A DNA stretch of 20,000 nt from assembly GCA_023231475.1 (NCBI GenBank), contig JALJEE010001312.1, positions 54,539 through 74,538 on the forward strand. The letters are read 5' to 3'. Shown here piece after piece: positions 19,798 through 20,000 of this stretch. Origin of the DNA: Seison nebaliae (taxonomy: Eukaryota). Position 1 is the first letter of the stretch. The number at the start of each line of letters is the position of its first letter. The notes below the pieces were generated by a model. The model saw only the letters and a program-made list of their open reading frames with translations. It was not told the origin of the DNA and ran no database searches. The position numbers and the translations under genes were made by a program.

Positions 19798-20000
19798 ATG
19801 ATAAAAACAATCTTTATTTTGTCAATTGCCATTTTCATGGTAAAAGGTTCATACAGTTTCATTTTCAAATTTGATTTAATTGACTATTGACAGGTGAGGA
19901 ACCGAAGTACGGTGTTAATGTAACTTGTAATCAGAACATGACACTTACCCCAACAGGAGAACTTAAAGGTCTTGGTTTTCAATTTGTGAAACAAAATGAT
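19798..20000 (+). CDS. 5' part of a secreted/extracellular protein (possibly ZP-domain), truncated by window edge
   Basis: Not in ORF track. Exon 19798-19846 encodes signal-peptide-like MIKTIFILSIAIFMVK(G); 47-nt phase-1 intron 19847-19893 (GTTCAT...TGACAG); exon 19894->20000 open: EEPKYGVNVTCNQNMTLTPTGELKGLGFQFVKQND. Confidence 0.65.

Noticed and set aside
1..20000. Prokaryotic systems (CRISPR array, operon-encoded defence system, IS element) or an intact transposon
   Set aside because: Spliceosomal introns and animal-type genes show eukaryotic DNA; no spaced repeats, transposase, integrase or reverse-transcriptase motifs seen.

Overview
AT-rich eukaryotic (animal-like) genomic DNA, standard genetic code, with GT-AG spliceosomal introns (45-56 nt in three genes, up to ~0.9 kb in one). 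Left part: three co-oriented, intronless, highly diverged paralogs on the minus strand (438-1928, 2096-3562, 4760-6223) carrying the Cys box, His box and Asn/Asp motifs of USP-type (peptidase C19) deubiquitinases, all sharing an unusual ~80-aa insertion just before the catalytic His and lacking a clear QxD box or finger CxxC pairs. Between paralogs 2 and 3 lies a non-coding, highly base-paired + strand segment (~4085-4570) with a TATA box and a candidate intron. Right part, + strand: a 6-exon MAP7/ensconsin-like coiled-coil gene whose frame requires a 13-nt microexon (8330-12830), a 3-exon GT14 core-2/I-branching beta-1,6-GlcNAc transferase (14708-16301), a 3-exon UCP2/3-like mitochondrial carrier (17737-18895), a possible small membrane protein on the minus strand, and the start of a secreted protein gene running off the right edge. 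All calls come from manual motif reading and splice-phase checking; no searches were run.
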